A DNA stretch of 64,000 bases from Squalus acanthias (lineage: Eukaryota). The notes beneath the pieces were generated by a model, which was given only the letters and a program-made list of their open reading frames with translations, made no database searches and had not been told where the DNA came from. A program made the position numbers and the translations under genes. Shown in pieces: positions 38,263-50,703 of this stretch. The first letter of the stretch is position 1; each line of letters opens with the position of its first letter. The stretch spans positions 115,694,001 to 115,758,000 of the forward strand of contig CM059431.1 in NCBI GenBank assembly GCA_030390025.1. The letters are read 5' to 3'.

Positions 38263-39649
38263 GGAGTTGAAATTCCATAGCCGGCGCAAACGGGCCGAAT
38301 TTCACGGCCAACATTTTTTGACAATCGGAAATCTTGGGGTAAAGTTTCCACTTTGGCGCAATCGGTGATCCGGGCGCAAATTGTGCCCAAAATTGCTCTA
38401 GTTTTGAAAACTAATAGACACGTTTTAAAAGCTTTTGAATATCATTTTTTCCCCCTCAATTTTCGGCTTAAACTCATTTGCATATCTCCGAACGCAAAAT
38501 CTGCCGTGAACCAACACATTTGGGCAGAGCTTTGGAATGTAATTTAAAAAAATGTTTTTTTGTTGCTTTTAAAAATATTCCTTGATGCATTTAAGGGTGG
38601 TAACTTGGTGCAGTTTTATTAATATAGCTGAAAATGGGTTTATCACCAAAAATAAGCATTTTTAATCAGAGTGACTAGTCCACCACCTGTGAGTAATCCA
38701 ATTTTAAATAACTGAAAATTGCTTTAAAAAAACTATACAGAACTATTTAATATAACTATTTAGTTACATTGGTGTACAGTCGGCAATTTCTTGTAAATTT
38801 AAAAAATGATATTCAAAAGCTTTTAAAACGTGTCTATTAGTGCCTTGCACCTAAAAAAAGGCTTCATTTTAAGAGCCTCCTCAAAGACCTGCAAACGAGC
38901 GCAACTAGCGGAAACTTGCAATAGTGATTAATTCGATCTGGGGGCATGGCCACTTTTATGGGCGGGGCCAGCTTCTAGCTTGACACCATCCAGGACAAAG
39001 CAGCCCGTTTGATTAGCACCCCACCTGCCACCTTAAACATCCACTCCCTCCACCACCGGCGTACCGTGGCTGCAGTGTGTACCATCTACAAGATGCACTG
39101 CAGCAACTCGCCAAGGCTTCTTCGGCAGCACCTCCCAAACCCGCGACCTCTACCACCTAGAAGGACATGGGAACACCACCACCTCCAAGTTCCCCTCCAA
39201 GTCACACATCATCCTGACTTAAAAGTATATCACCGTTCCTTCATCGTCGCTGGGTCAAAATCCTGGAACTCCCTCCCTAACAGCACTGTGGGAGTACCTT
39301 CACCACACGGACTGCAGCGGTTCAAGAAGGCAGCTCACCACCACCTTCTCAAGGGCAATTAGGGATGGGCAATAAATGCAAATGAGCAGTGAATTTAGAG
39401 ATTTCACTGGTAACAAAAAACAAAGGAAGCAAGTGGAAGAGACAAACTTTCAATTGGCAGCAACATCCCATAAAAACGAATTTTTTAAAAAAATTGAAGT
39501 TTTTAAAATTAGCGCAAAAGATCGCAGAATTCACATTTGCGCTGAACATAATTTGCGCTTAAATTTCCGTAATCTTTTGCGCTGGTTTCGCCGATTTCAG
39601 GCGAATTGTGCCGAAAGAAGTCACGCAGCCTAACAGAAACTCGAGGCCC
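38263..39649. mobile_element. Harbinger-type MITE with nested LINE 3' end (38975-39490)
   Basis: CpG-rich ends (ggagttgaaattcc / gaaactcgaggccc) and AT-rich core. The nested ORF reads HSLHHRRTVAAV...SWNSLP. Confidence 0.65.
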
Positions 39650-42060
39650 TTCCCCCTGGGCACACCTCCTGTCTACAAAATCTTAACCTTCTGTTGTCAA
39701 CTTTTTCCATTATAAATTCCTATGTGCACATTTATATTGGAAACTGCTTATGCACTCATCATGCTGTAATTATACCCTCCTGCCGTAAAGCCCTAGCTCT
39801 GCATTTCCTAGCTCCTCAACACACACTGCAAAGAAACTCCTAAGCTCCAACCAACTCTATTTCTCTGCTTCCAAAATTTCAGTTAGTTTTACTATTTAAT
39901 TATAAATGATCTTATCAAATCAACATATTATACAAAAATAAGGACAGAATTTATGACTTCAAAATGGAGAATGAATTATATGGGTGTGCTCTGGTCCAAT
40001 TAGTGTCCCCCCACTCCCCATGAACCCTACTTCACCTGAAGACTACACTTGGTCTTGAATCTTGTACAAAGCCAAGGGACATTGTTTTGCATTAATAGAA
40101 CAGTCTTGGCACATGACATGCAATTCCTGTTTACAAAGCTTGCTTCTCGTTGCCATGGTCAATGAGGTAACATGTTTACGTCAATATTTACATTACAAAA
40201 TGCTTTTTAAATAGCTATGATTGAAATTCCAATGTAAACACTTCTAATGGGAATTGCTATGTAAACAGTTACCTATCACTGTGCAGCAGCAAGCCTCCTA
40301 CCACTGGTGGAGCTGTGGTGTGAGTCACTCGGCTCCATCCATTTTGTTTAAGTCCACATTTACTTTTGCTTCTCTCTGCTCCTTCAACCACTCTCTTCAG
40401 CTTGGCCTCCAATTTCTCCTCCGACCTAGGAAGCTTCTTGACCTGTCAACACAAAAGTAAGTTTACGTTTGCTTCAACCTGCTTGCCCCACCTTGGCTCC
40501 AATTTCTCTCGTCTTCTGAGGTTCCCTGCTATGCTTCCTGATCCAGAAATGTTCTTTTGTTTCTTCCTATTTTTTGTTCTTGCTGCCAATTGAAAGTTTG
40601 TCTCTTCCACTTGCTTCCTTTGTTTTTTGTTACCAGTGAAATCTCTAAATTCACAGCTCATTTGCATTTATTGCTACCTGATGCACCAATTCATGGTTCC
40701 ATTCTCCCTTCTTGCCCATCAGCTCTGGCACCTCTCTCATCTTACCAGCAATTGTCATCTGATAGACCTTAGACTTGTCCTGCTCCATCTCTCACTCCTG
40801 CCTTGCTGCCTCTCACACTTTACACCATTCTTCATTGTTACCTGATGCATTTATAAATTCATTGCTCACCATTCTTCACAGCTGCCAAATCATTCATAAA
40901 CTCATTACTCTGCATTCAACTAATTTACTTAAGAAATATACATCTTCAATCTCTTTTGATGTTTGGCTTATGATAGATTATGCATCCATATGCACAGAAC
41001 CTCCCACCCACCAATAAGGCATATGTGATGCCTTCCATTTGCTTTGAACTATGATTGCTTATAATGTGCTGGGTAAGTGTTCAGTGAGCCAGCTTCTGTT
41101 ATACAATAACACATCTTGTATAACATTCCTATTGTTACACAGCGGCATATCCATGGACCCACTCTGAGCAATGCAGCAGAAGATCTACTTGTATTTTTTC
41201 TGAAGGAAATATTTCCTCTGTGTGCTAAACTTAAGGAAATATTTAAGAAATGGGTTTATGATTTTGTTACACGAAGTGCAGAGAAAAACTTTCCTCCCTG
41301 GTTAGTTCTTTGGTGCATGCTGAAAATTGTTACTAAATATTGGGCTGTCTACTGATGTTAGTGAAGTAGATGTTTAAATGTACACTTCTTTCTCAATGAC
41401 ATTAGATGGTCTTATGTAAACTTACCATCTGAAGCTAAGTTTGCAATAAATACTTCAACAGTTTTCTTTTGTCTTTATACACTTTGTATCTTATATAAAT
41501 ATGCACATAGAGGTATATCAAATTTACCTCAGTATGATCTGTAGTTTCCATTAAAATAGTCAAACAATGTCCAATTGAAAAATGGATCCACTTGACCCCT
41601 ACATAACACAATCCTCTGAAGCCTGCTGTTATCCTAGGCTCCTGAGATTACATATATTATATTAAATAGAATTACATTGTATAGAATATACAGCACAGAA
41701 ACAGGACATTCGGCCCAACCGGTATATGCCGGTGTTTATGGTACACACGAGCCTCCTCCCACTCTATATACTTCATCTCACCCTGTCAACATATCCTGCC
41801 ATTCCTTGCTCCTTCATGTACTTATCTAGCTTTCCCTTACACGCATCTATGCTATTCATCTAAACCACATTCTCACTACTCTCTGAAAAAAGAAGTTTCC
41901 CTGAATTACTTATTGGATTTATTAGTGATTATCTTATATTTATGGCCCCTAGTTTTGGACACCCCCACAAGTGAAAATATCTTCTCTACATCTACCCTAT
42001 CGAACACCTTCATAATTTTAAAGACCTCTATCAGGTCACCTCTCAGTCTTCTCTTTTCTA

Positions 42061-42783
42061 CTCGTCGATCGACAGTTCCGACGGGCCACAGCGAAAAACC
42101 GCATAGACCTCCTCAGAAGACGAACACGGGACACAACCAACAGAGTACCCTACGTCGTCCAGTACTTCCCCGGAGCGGAAAAACTACGCCATGTTCTTCG
42201 CAGCCTTCAACATGTCATCGATGACGACGAACACCTTGCTAAGGCCATCCCCACGCCTCCACTACTCGCCTTCAAGCAGCCGCCTAACCTCAAAAGTACC
42301 ATCGTTCGCAGCAGATTACCCATCTTTCAGGAGAACAGCAACCAAGACACCACACAACCCTGCCACGGCAACCTCTGCAAGACATGCCAAATCATGGACA
42401 CAGATACCATCATTACACGTGAGGACACTACCCACCAGGTACACGGTACATACTCATGTGACTCGGCCAACGTTGTCTACCTGATACGTTGCAGTAAAGG
42501 ATGCTCCAGAGCATGGTACATCGGCGAGACCATGCAGACACTGAGACAACGTATGAATGGACACCGCGCAACAATCGCCAGGCAGGAGGGTTGCCTCCCA
42601 GTCGGGGAACACTTCAGCAGCCAGGGGCATTCAGCCTCGGATCTGCGGGTAAGCGTTCTCCAAGGCGGCCTTCGAGATACACGACAGCGCAAAATCATAG
42701 AGCAGAAACTGATAGCCAAGTTCCGCACTCATGAGGATGGCCTCAATCGCGATATCGGGTTCATGGCACGATACAGAACGTGA
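42061..42783 (+). CDS. Penelope ORF C-terminus (linker, Cys knuckle, GIY-YIG endonuclease), partial with no start
   Basis: Stop-free from 42061: ...AFKQPPNLKSTIVRS...PCHGNLCKTC...CDSANVVYLIRCSKGCSRAWYIGET...R.RMNGHR...VGEHF...GLN. Confidence 0.9.
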   Translation, partial: LVDRQFRRATAKNRIDLLRRRTRDTTNRVPYVVQYFPGAEKLRHVLRSLQHVIDDDEHLAKAIPTPPLLAFKQPPNLKSTIVRSRLPIFQENSNQDTTQPCHGNLCKTCQIMDTDTIITREDTTHQVHGTYSCDSANVVYLIRCSKGCSRAWYIGETMQTLRQRMNGHRATIARQEGCLPVGEHFSSQGHSASDLRVSVLQGGLRDTRQRKIIEQKLIAKFRTHEDGLNRDIGFMARYRT

Positions 42784-43005
42784 CTTGACATCATGGCCGG
42801 TCTTCCCAGGTGTTTTTTTTTTTTTAAAAAAGGCTAACACAAGAACACAAATTGACAGGATATGCAGCCAGCAGGTGGTTTGACACGTTGGACCCCCTGG
42901 GACACATCTCATTGTCTTGGCTGTGCTCTTTGTTGTAGCGAATAATGTGAATAGATTTTGTCTGGGTTTAAATTGTGAATTCTGGGAGATTCTCTCATTG
43001 CTAAC

Positions 43006-43043
43006 TTACCTGACGAAGGAGCGACAGCTCCGAAAGCTTGTAA
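43006..43043 (+). ncRNA. Minimal hammerhead ribozyme motif
   Basis: TTAC-CTGACGA-A-GGAGC(gaca)GCTCC-GAAA-GC-TT-GTAA. Confidence 0.87.
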
Positions 43044-44209
43044 AATTAAATAAATCTGTTGGACTATAACCTGGTGTTGTGCGACTTCTCATTTTTCTCT
43101 TTTCTAGAGTAAAGAGCCCCAGCCTGTTCAGTCTTTCCTGATAGTTGTGCCCTCTCAGTTCTGGTAGAATCCTTGTAAATCGTTTTTGCACTTACTCCAG
43201 TGCTTCGATATCCTTTTTGTAATATGGAGTCTAGAACTGTGTACGGTGCTCTAAGTGTGGCCTAACCAAGTTTCTATATATGTTTAATATAACTTTGCTG
43301 TTTTTGAATTCTATGCCTCTAGAAATGAACCCCAGTGCTTTATTTGCACTTTTTATGGCTTTGGTGATCTGCATTGCTACTTTTAGTGATCTGTGAATCT
43401 GTACACCTCGATCCCTTTGCACCTCTACCCCATTTAGACTCTTTTTCCAAGGAGTAGGTGGTCTCCATATTCCTCTGACCAAAATGCACCACCTCACACT
43501 TATCTATATTGAAATTCATTTGCCATTTACACTCAAAACATAATGTTAAATTGTCACATCAGAAAGTCAATAACAAAGAAAATGATAAAAGAACTTTTAA
43601 AAAAAAATTCATATCCTAAGCTTATTTCATGATGAGAATATTGCATATGGAAATACCATAATTTACAAATTAATTTTCCCACCATTTTAGTCAAAGCAAT
43701 ATATAACCATATATTAAGATAGAAAGACCTGATATTTATTGAACATCTTAATGTATCCCTTAGAAATATCCCAAAGTGCTTAACATACAATTAATTTATT
43801 TTTGCAGTTCAGTGATTGTTGTTCTATGGGGAAACTAAAGAGGTAACAGTAGATCACTTGATTTAATTGTGACTCAGATAATGTAAATCAAGCAAGAAAC
43901 ATGTCTATTTCCTTAAATAGATAATGGAAACTAAGCTACAAAATGACATAAAAAGTAAACCAGTTTAAGAAGAGGCATAAAGAGAGTGAGATAAAAATAA
44001 GGCTACACATGTAGATCTTTTGAAATGCTGCAAAAAAAAATGAGTAAGGAGCAGCTAGCACTAACTAAAGAGGGGAAGCGTACAGTAAAGTGTATGGTTA
44101 AATGGTGATTAGCTGCATACACTCATGCTTGGGATGACTTGTTATGCATTTTGTGGGGAGTTTTAACTTTCAACAATCCATAACTTTGCTGCCCGTATTT
44201 ATTTATTCT

Positions 44210-44525
44210 AGCTCGCACCAAGTCCCGTTCACCCATCACCCCTGTGCTCGCTGGCCTGCATTGCCTCCCGGTCCGGCAACGCCTCAGTTTTAAAATTTTC
44301 ATCCTTGTTTTTAAATCATTCCATGGCCTCGCCTCTCCCTAACTCTGTAACCACCTCCAGCCCTACGATCCTTCAAGATCTCTACTCTCCTCCAATTCTG
44401 GCTTCTTGCACATCCCCGATTTTTATCACTTCACCATTGGCGGCCTAAGCCCTAAGCTCTAGAATTCCCTTCCTAAACCTCTCCGCTTCTCTACCTCTCT
44501 CTGCTCCTTTAAGCCACTTCTTAAA
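44210..44525 (+). mobile_element. L2 LINE 3' fragment
   Basis: cccatcacccctgtgctcgctggcctgcattg (PITPVLAGLH), reverse match to 26250-26560. Confidence 0.85.
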
Positions 44526-45230
44526 ACTCCAGTTTTCTGCTGGATGAGTTCATTCTATAGGATTTCCTTAGCTATCTTGATGGAAACCAGGCTAATCAGG
44601 ACTTGTCTGCAACAATGCTTTTTTTTTCATGCTCCTCAAGTGGCCAAACAGCCACTTAACAAGTCAAGTAGCGGCCAAGGATATTAATTTATCTCTGGAG
44701 AGCAAGAGGCAATAGAACATCCAACAAAGTAGCAAATTCATACAGTCAGATTCACTAATACCACCATTTCTGAATTCTGAAGGATTGATTGATATCTATG
44801 GCATAGTATTTGCATTTATATGTTGATTTTACTAAAAAGTGCGTGCATTGTCTCTTTGTGTAGTTTGCATTGAAATTATATTTAAATTCATTTCTTCGTT
44901 AGCTCTGACCTCCTTTGTACTTTTATTGATCTACTTAAACATCCACTGCAGTCTTGGGATTTTCCAAATGCCACGAGGGAGAATGAGGCATGCAGCTAAA
45001 CCAGTGCACGGGGACTTTTAAACAGTTTACTGCTTATCTGTTTAAGATGCCCGGGGACAGCGGGATGTTCAGGTGATTTAAGTGCAGGCAAGCATAGCGC
45101 AGTAAACCATTTAAAAGCCCCAAATAGCTGGTGGGGTGGATGTTTAGTCTCCAGTGTAGACTGCAATTCCATGGGTCCCGTTCCTACCAATGGCAACGCT
45201 GAGCAATTAATGTAACCGCCGCATCAATAT

Positions 45231-45413
45231 TCAGTCGGCCAGCCAGCATCTGTGGACATAACGGCTTGGTTAAAGTTTCAGGTATAGACCCTTCATCTGA
45301 TGAGGAGTCCACACCTGAAATGTCAGCGCATCTGTGCTTTCCACAAATGCTGACCGAGCTACTGAGTGGTTCCAACATTTTCTGCTTTTGTTTCAGGGTT
45401 CCAGCGTCTGCAA
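45231..45413. mobile_element. Degenerate fold-back Penelope pLTR mini-element
   Basis: tttcaggtatagacccttcatc | tgatgaggagtccacacctgaaa inverted pair, with cagcatctgtgga / tccacaaatgctg arms and the Penelope tail. Confidence 0.65.
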
Positions 45414-45840
45414 TAAAATACACACTGGCGTGTTGAGGAACTTTGTGGCCCCCTTATTTCCGGGGTCCCTGCTAATCCAGTGGAAGTGGGGTGGAGCAGA
45501 ACTCCCTGAAGCACAAGACATAGATTTTGACTCAAATCACGGGGACCGGATCATTTCCATAATCGGGATGGGTAACCCACAGCTGTGTGGACACATCAGA
45601 CACGCTGTGCCAGTTGAACTTAGCACGGCACCCAGCTGCTCCAATAGGGGGCCCTGAGTCCCAGGTAGGAAATTGTCCTCTGCTCCCAAGGGAGCAAAAG
45701 GTCATCTTTTTAAAGGTAATTGATCCTTTTTGGGATTGATTATCTTTCTCTTTGGTGGTCTTGGTGCCATTTTAAGGTCCAGTACCGGACCTACCTCAGC
45801 TCTTAACTGGTATAGTTCATACTGGGCTCATCAGTGGCAT

Positions 45841-46827
45841 TGTGGCGGATCGCCACCTAAACGGGCATAACCCACTTTTCCGTCTGTGGACAAAATATCG
45901 GTGAACCTTGGGCCGAAAATTGATCCCGGGACGCGAGAGTACGCACTGCATACTCTCGCGTATTCCCACTCCAATTGCCGGTTTTCTGCATGCCCTGCGC
46001 ATGCGCTGAAAACCGGCAATTGCTCTTCCGAAAAGGGGGCGGGGCCTGGGTGCATCGCGTGCGCGCTACAGGCTGCGCGCACGCTGTGCACTTCATGCTT
46101 TGGACGCGCAGGTAAGAAGGGAAGATTTTGGAAATGTAAAAAGGAGGAGTAAGACCCGCTTTTAAGAAGGTAAGTAGTGAATTAAGTATTTTTTTGATTT
46201 TTTTTTTACAGGTATATCTTTTTTATAGACTTTAAAGACAGGTAAGTTTATTTTTATAACTTTTTAAAAGATTTTAAATTTTTTCAAAAATTTAATTTTT
46301 TATTTAAAATGGTTAATTTAATTAACTATACTTATTTTATTAATGTGATGGTTTTTTTTTTAAATTTAATTGAGGTTTAGCTGTTATTTTGGGGGGGTGT
46401 AAGATTCATAAGTCTCACAGCCATGCTGTGAGACTTATGAATGGAAGATGGTGTGCTGCCATTGGCTCTAACTGAGTCACGTGATCCCACAGCTCGCACG
46501 AATTCACTACGCCGCTGGGATACGCAAGCCCAGCACAGCTGATGTCTGGAACATCAAGTTCGTGCGAGCTGGATCAGAAAAAGCATAAGCGAGGTGAGAC
46601 ATCGCGGGGAAGGCTTACCCCCGCGGGAACAGAGCGAGATCAATTTCTGGGCCCTTCCCTTTAAGGCACCTTACCTTTAAGACAGGAGTGGGCAGGGCTT
46701 CAGGGTTTTTCCAGGGAATTCTGGGAGCAGCTTTCTCAGCCATTTTGTGTGCCATGCAGTGAATTAAAGTTTCTTGTTTTCCACATATGGATTCAGCCTC
46801 CATTCGTGTTTCGCGGCAGCCTCAACA
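45841..46827 (+). repeat. 5' LTR (240 bp after removing the MITE and one TSD copy)
   Basis: Matches 50704-50943 with 6 differences counted by eye. Confidence 0.95.
45910..46653. mobile_element. 744-bp Harbinger-type MITE inside the 5' LTR
   Basis: Absent from the 3' LTR. TIRs GGGCCGAAAATTGATC / GATCAATTTCTGGGCC. CTT duplication at 45907-45909 and 46654-46656. Confidence 0.92.
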
Positions 46828-46828
46828 T

Positions 46829-46842
46829 TGGTGACCCCGACG
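46829..46842 (+). promoter_or_regulatory. Primer binding site, tRNA-Trp
   Basis: TGGTGACCCCGACG one base after the LTR, complementary to the tRNA-Trp 3' end. Confidence 0.9.
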
Positions 46843-46867
46843 CTCAGAACATATTCCGAGCACTGCA

Positions 46868-49800
46868 ATGGTGGACACGAACGCAGTTTCCGTGAAACTG
46901 CCGGAGTTTTGGGAAAACCAGCCTGAAGCCTGGTTTCTCCAAGCTGAATCTCGCTTCCGGCTGCGAAATATCACCACAGATGGGACGAAGTACGACTATC
47001 TCGTCATATCACTCAGTAGCGCCGCAGTTTCGAAGGTTTGGACAATGCTGCAGAACCCACCAGAGGAAGGCAAGTACGCACATCTCAGGACAGCGCTCCT
47101 TAAAAAATTTACGGCCTCGGTATATCAGCGAAACTGCCACCTCATCGACCTTCTAGGCCTCGGTGATGCCTCACCGTCAGACCTCCTCTCCCACATGCTC
47201 TCCCTCACCGACGAGAGCCCACCCGGATCCCTCTTCCGCATGCTGTTCATCCGCCAGCTCACTCTCAGCATCCGCCCAGCGATCGTGGCGTCCGGCCTCA
47301 CGAACCTGGAAGCCCTGGCCGATAAGGCCGATAAGCTGCTGTCCGCGTACTCCAGCCGCGACGTCACTCCGGACCTGGCAGACAATGCCTGGGCGCGCCC
47401 CTCACCATCCAGCACGCGGCCACAAGGGCCTGTCACCAGGCCAACGGGGCCTTCACGCCCCACTAACCCGGGCCACTGTTACTACCAAGCACGGTTCGGC
47501 GCCAGGGCACAACGGTGCACACCTCCCTGCTCTTTCAAGTCCGCCCCCGTACCAGCCCCCACGATGGCTGTGGGCCACGCGGGCTCCCTGCTGTTCATTA
47601 CGGATGACAAAACCGGCGGCCGGTTCCTGTGCGACACTGGGGCTCAGCACAGCATCATCCCGGCATCCTCCCTCGACATCCAAAAGGGCGAACGAGGACC
47701 GGCGCTGGCTGCTGCTAACGGCTCGGAAATCCGGACGTACGGCACCCGGACAGTCACCCTCGACCTCGCTGGTCGCCGCTACCGATGGGAGTTCATCACT
47801 GCCAAGGTGCTCTCCCCTCTCATCGGCGCAGATTTCCTGTGCGCCCACGGCCTACTGGTAGACATCCCCCGTCACCGCCTCGTGGACATGAACACCATGT
47901 CCTCCATCCTGGGCGCCATGGCCCCCCGTCAACCCGCCGACATGGCGTCACAGTGCCACGCCCGGGCCACGGATGACTACTCGGCACTCTTGGCCGAATT
48001 CCCGGCCCTTACCAATCCGACCTTCTCCGCGGAGGCCGCCAAACACGGGGTGGAACACTTCATCCCCACCACAGGCCCCCCAGTGTACGCCCACGCCCGC
48101 AGGCTGGACCCGGCCAAACTGGAGATCGCGCGGGACCGAGTTTGCCACCATGGAACAGCTCGGCATCATCTGCCGCTCCAACAGTCCCTGGGCCTCCGCA
48201 CTCCACATCGCCCCCAAACCAGGCGGAGGTTGGCGCCCCTGCGGGGATTACCGCCGCCTCAATGACGCCACCACCCCTGATCGGTACCCCCGTGCCGCAC
48301 ATTCAGGACTTCTTGGCTAGACTGGCCGGCCGCTCAGTCTTTTCCAAGGTCGACCTGGTGCGCGGCTACCACCAAGTCCCCGTCCACCCCGCGGACGTCC
48401 CCAAGACGGCCGTAATCACCCCCTTCGGCCTGTTCGAGTTCCTGCGGCAGCCCTTCGGCCTCAAAAATGCGGCCCAGGCATTCCAACGGCTCATGGACTC
48501 GGTCCTTCGGGACCTGAAGTTCCTGTTCGTCTACCTGGACGACATCCTGGTAGCCAGTTCCTCCAAGCAGGAACACCTCGAACACCTCCGCATCCTGTTC
48601 GGGCACCTCAGCGACCACGGGCTCATCCTCAGCCCAGCCAAATGCCAGTTCGGCCTGGACAAGATCGACTTCCTCGGCCACCACATCACCCATGCTGGGG
48701 CCATTCCCCTGCCCACCAAGGTGCAGGCCGTCCAACAATTTCCCCGCCCCACCACCATCAAAGGCCTCCAGGAGTTCCTCGGGATGGTGAACTTCTATAA
48801 CCGCTTCATCCCCAAAGCGGCATCCCTCATGAGGCCCCTGTATGAAACCCTCCGGGACAGGAGCGGCAAGATGGCAGTCGAATGGACGGCAGACGCGTCA
48901 GCTGCCTTCGACTCCACCAAGCCCGCGCTCACCAACGCCACCCTGCTCGCGCACCCACGGCCCAATGCCAGGGTAGCGCTCACCACGGACGCCTCCGACC
49001 ACGCGGTCGGCACCATGTATGAGCAGTGGGTTGACGGCGCCTGGCAACCACTTGCCTTCTTCAGCCGCCAACTACGCCCCCCGGAGGTCAATTACAGCAC
49101 CTTCGACCGCGAGCTCCTCGCGCTGTTCCTGGTGGTCCGCCATTTCCGGTTTTTGCTTGAGGGCCACCCCTTCACTGCGTTTGTCGACCACAAGCCCCTG
49201 ACATTCGCAATGGCAAAGACAACCGACACCTGGTCCGCCAGGCAGCAGCGCCAGCTCGCGGCAGTGTCCGAGTTCACCACGGACATCCAACACGTTTCCG
49301 GCCGAGACAATGTGGTAGCCGACTGCCTCTCCCACCCCGCCATCCACGCCGCACACCTAGCATTCGACTACGCTCAACTCGCAGCAGACCAGATCACCAA
49401 CCCTGATCTGCTCTCTGCACCCACCAACCTACCAGGGCTACGCCTGGCCGACGTCGCCTGTGGCCCGACCGCAGTCACGGTCAAGTGCGACATATCCCTA
49501 TGTCAACCTCGGCCCGTCATCCCAGCGTCCTGGCACTGCCGGGTATTCGAGATTCTCCACAACCTCTCCCACCCCGGCGCCCGCGCATCCATCAAATTGG
49601 TAGCCAACCGCTTCATCTGGCGCGGCCTTCGCAAGGATGTGCGTACTTGGGCCAACTCCTGCCTAGCCTGCCAATGGGCCAAGGTACAGCAACACACGAA
49701 AGCACCCCTCGAGGAGTTTACCGTCCCCTCGCGGAGATTCAACCACATCCACGTGGACATCGTCGGGCCCCTGCCGCCGTCGCAAGGCCACACGCACTTG

Positions 49801-50683
49801 CTGACCATCGTTGACCGCACCACACGCTGGAGTGAGGCAATTCCACTGACCTCCACCACCACCGCCGACATCGCCAGAGCCTTCGTCAGCACCTGGGTCG
49901 CACGGTTCGGCGTCTCCCTCCGACATGACGTCGGACAGAGGTCCGCAATTTACCTCTGAACTCTGGACCGCCGTCGCACGCAATCTCGGGGTGACCATTC
50001 ACCGCACCACAGCATACCACCCCCAAGCCAATGGACTGTGTGAGCAGTTCCACAGATCCTTGAAGGCATCTCTTCGAGCCAGCCTCCAAGACGTCGCCTG
50101 GACCAACCGACTTCCGTGGGTCCTCCTTGGCCTGCGCACCGCGGTTAAAGAAGACCTCCACGCATCGGCAGCAGAGCTCGTGTACGGTCAGCCGCTGCGC
50201 GTACCCGGCGAGTTCCTGCCCACCGCCACGACACCCTGGTCAGCCGACCAGCAACGCCACGACTTCGCCTCACCGGCGCTGCAGTTCACCCCAGTGCCCA
50301 TTGCTCGACACGGCGAATCCACCTCACACGTCCCACTAAGCCTGCACCAGGCACGGTTTGATTTCGTCCGGCACGACGCCCACCGCGGACCCCTTCAACC
50401 CCCGTACGACGGGCCCTACAAGGTGCTACAGGCTGGGGACAAATTTTTCACCCTGCAAGTGGGCGACAGGACTGAAAAAGTGTCGGTTGACCGACTCAAG
50501 CCAGCACACTCGGAGCCCGGTGAGCAGGTCCCTGTAGCTCGTCCACCTCCACGCGGCCGACCTGCCCTCAAGCCAGTTCACCTGGCTGCTCCACGCCCGG
50601 CCATTCCACGTCCACCGGCGTCCTACAAGAGCCGCTCCGGCCGGCCCATCAGACCGCCGCACCGTCTCGTCCACACCTCCTAA
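46868..50683 (+). pseudogene. gag-pol polyprotein with three +1 frameshifts (~48133, ~48288, ~49918)
   Basis: Gag VKLPEFW..PEAWF and CYYQ..C...C; protease FLCDTGA; RT DYRRLN, PFGLKNA, YLDD; RNase H TDAS, DHKPL; integrase H...HPG..C..C, HVDIVGP, SDRG, YHPQANG; GPY. Confidence 0.95.
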
Positions 50684-50703
50684 GCGGATTCTGGGGGTAA
50701 CTG

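Larger units (their letters stand above)
42061..43094 (+). mobile_element. Penelope-like (Neptune-type) element subfamily B, 5'-truncated
   Basis: Target duplication TTCTCTTTTCTA at 42049-42060 and 43095-43106, open endonuclease frame, hammerhead. Confidence 0.95.
41665..43530 (-). mobile_element. CR1 3' portion split by a Penelope insertion
   Basis: LVRPHLEH..QF and QKRFTRILPELRG..LFTLEKR resume at 42060 as RLRGDLIEVFKI. Confidence 0.9.

Noticed and set aside
46868..50683. GC-rich ORF-dense block as bacterial contamination or extra overlapping genes
   Set aside because: It is bounded by LTRs and a target duplication. The many overlapping ORFs are GC-driven shadows of gag-pol.
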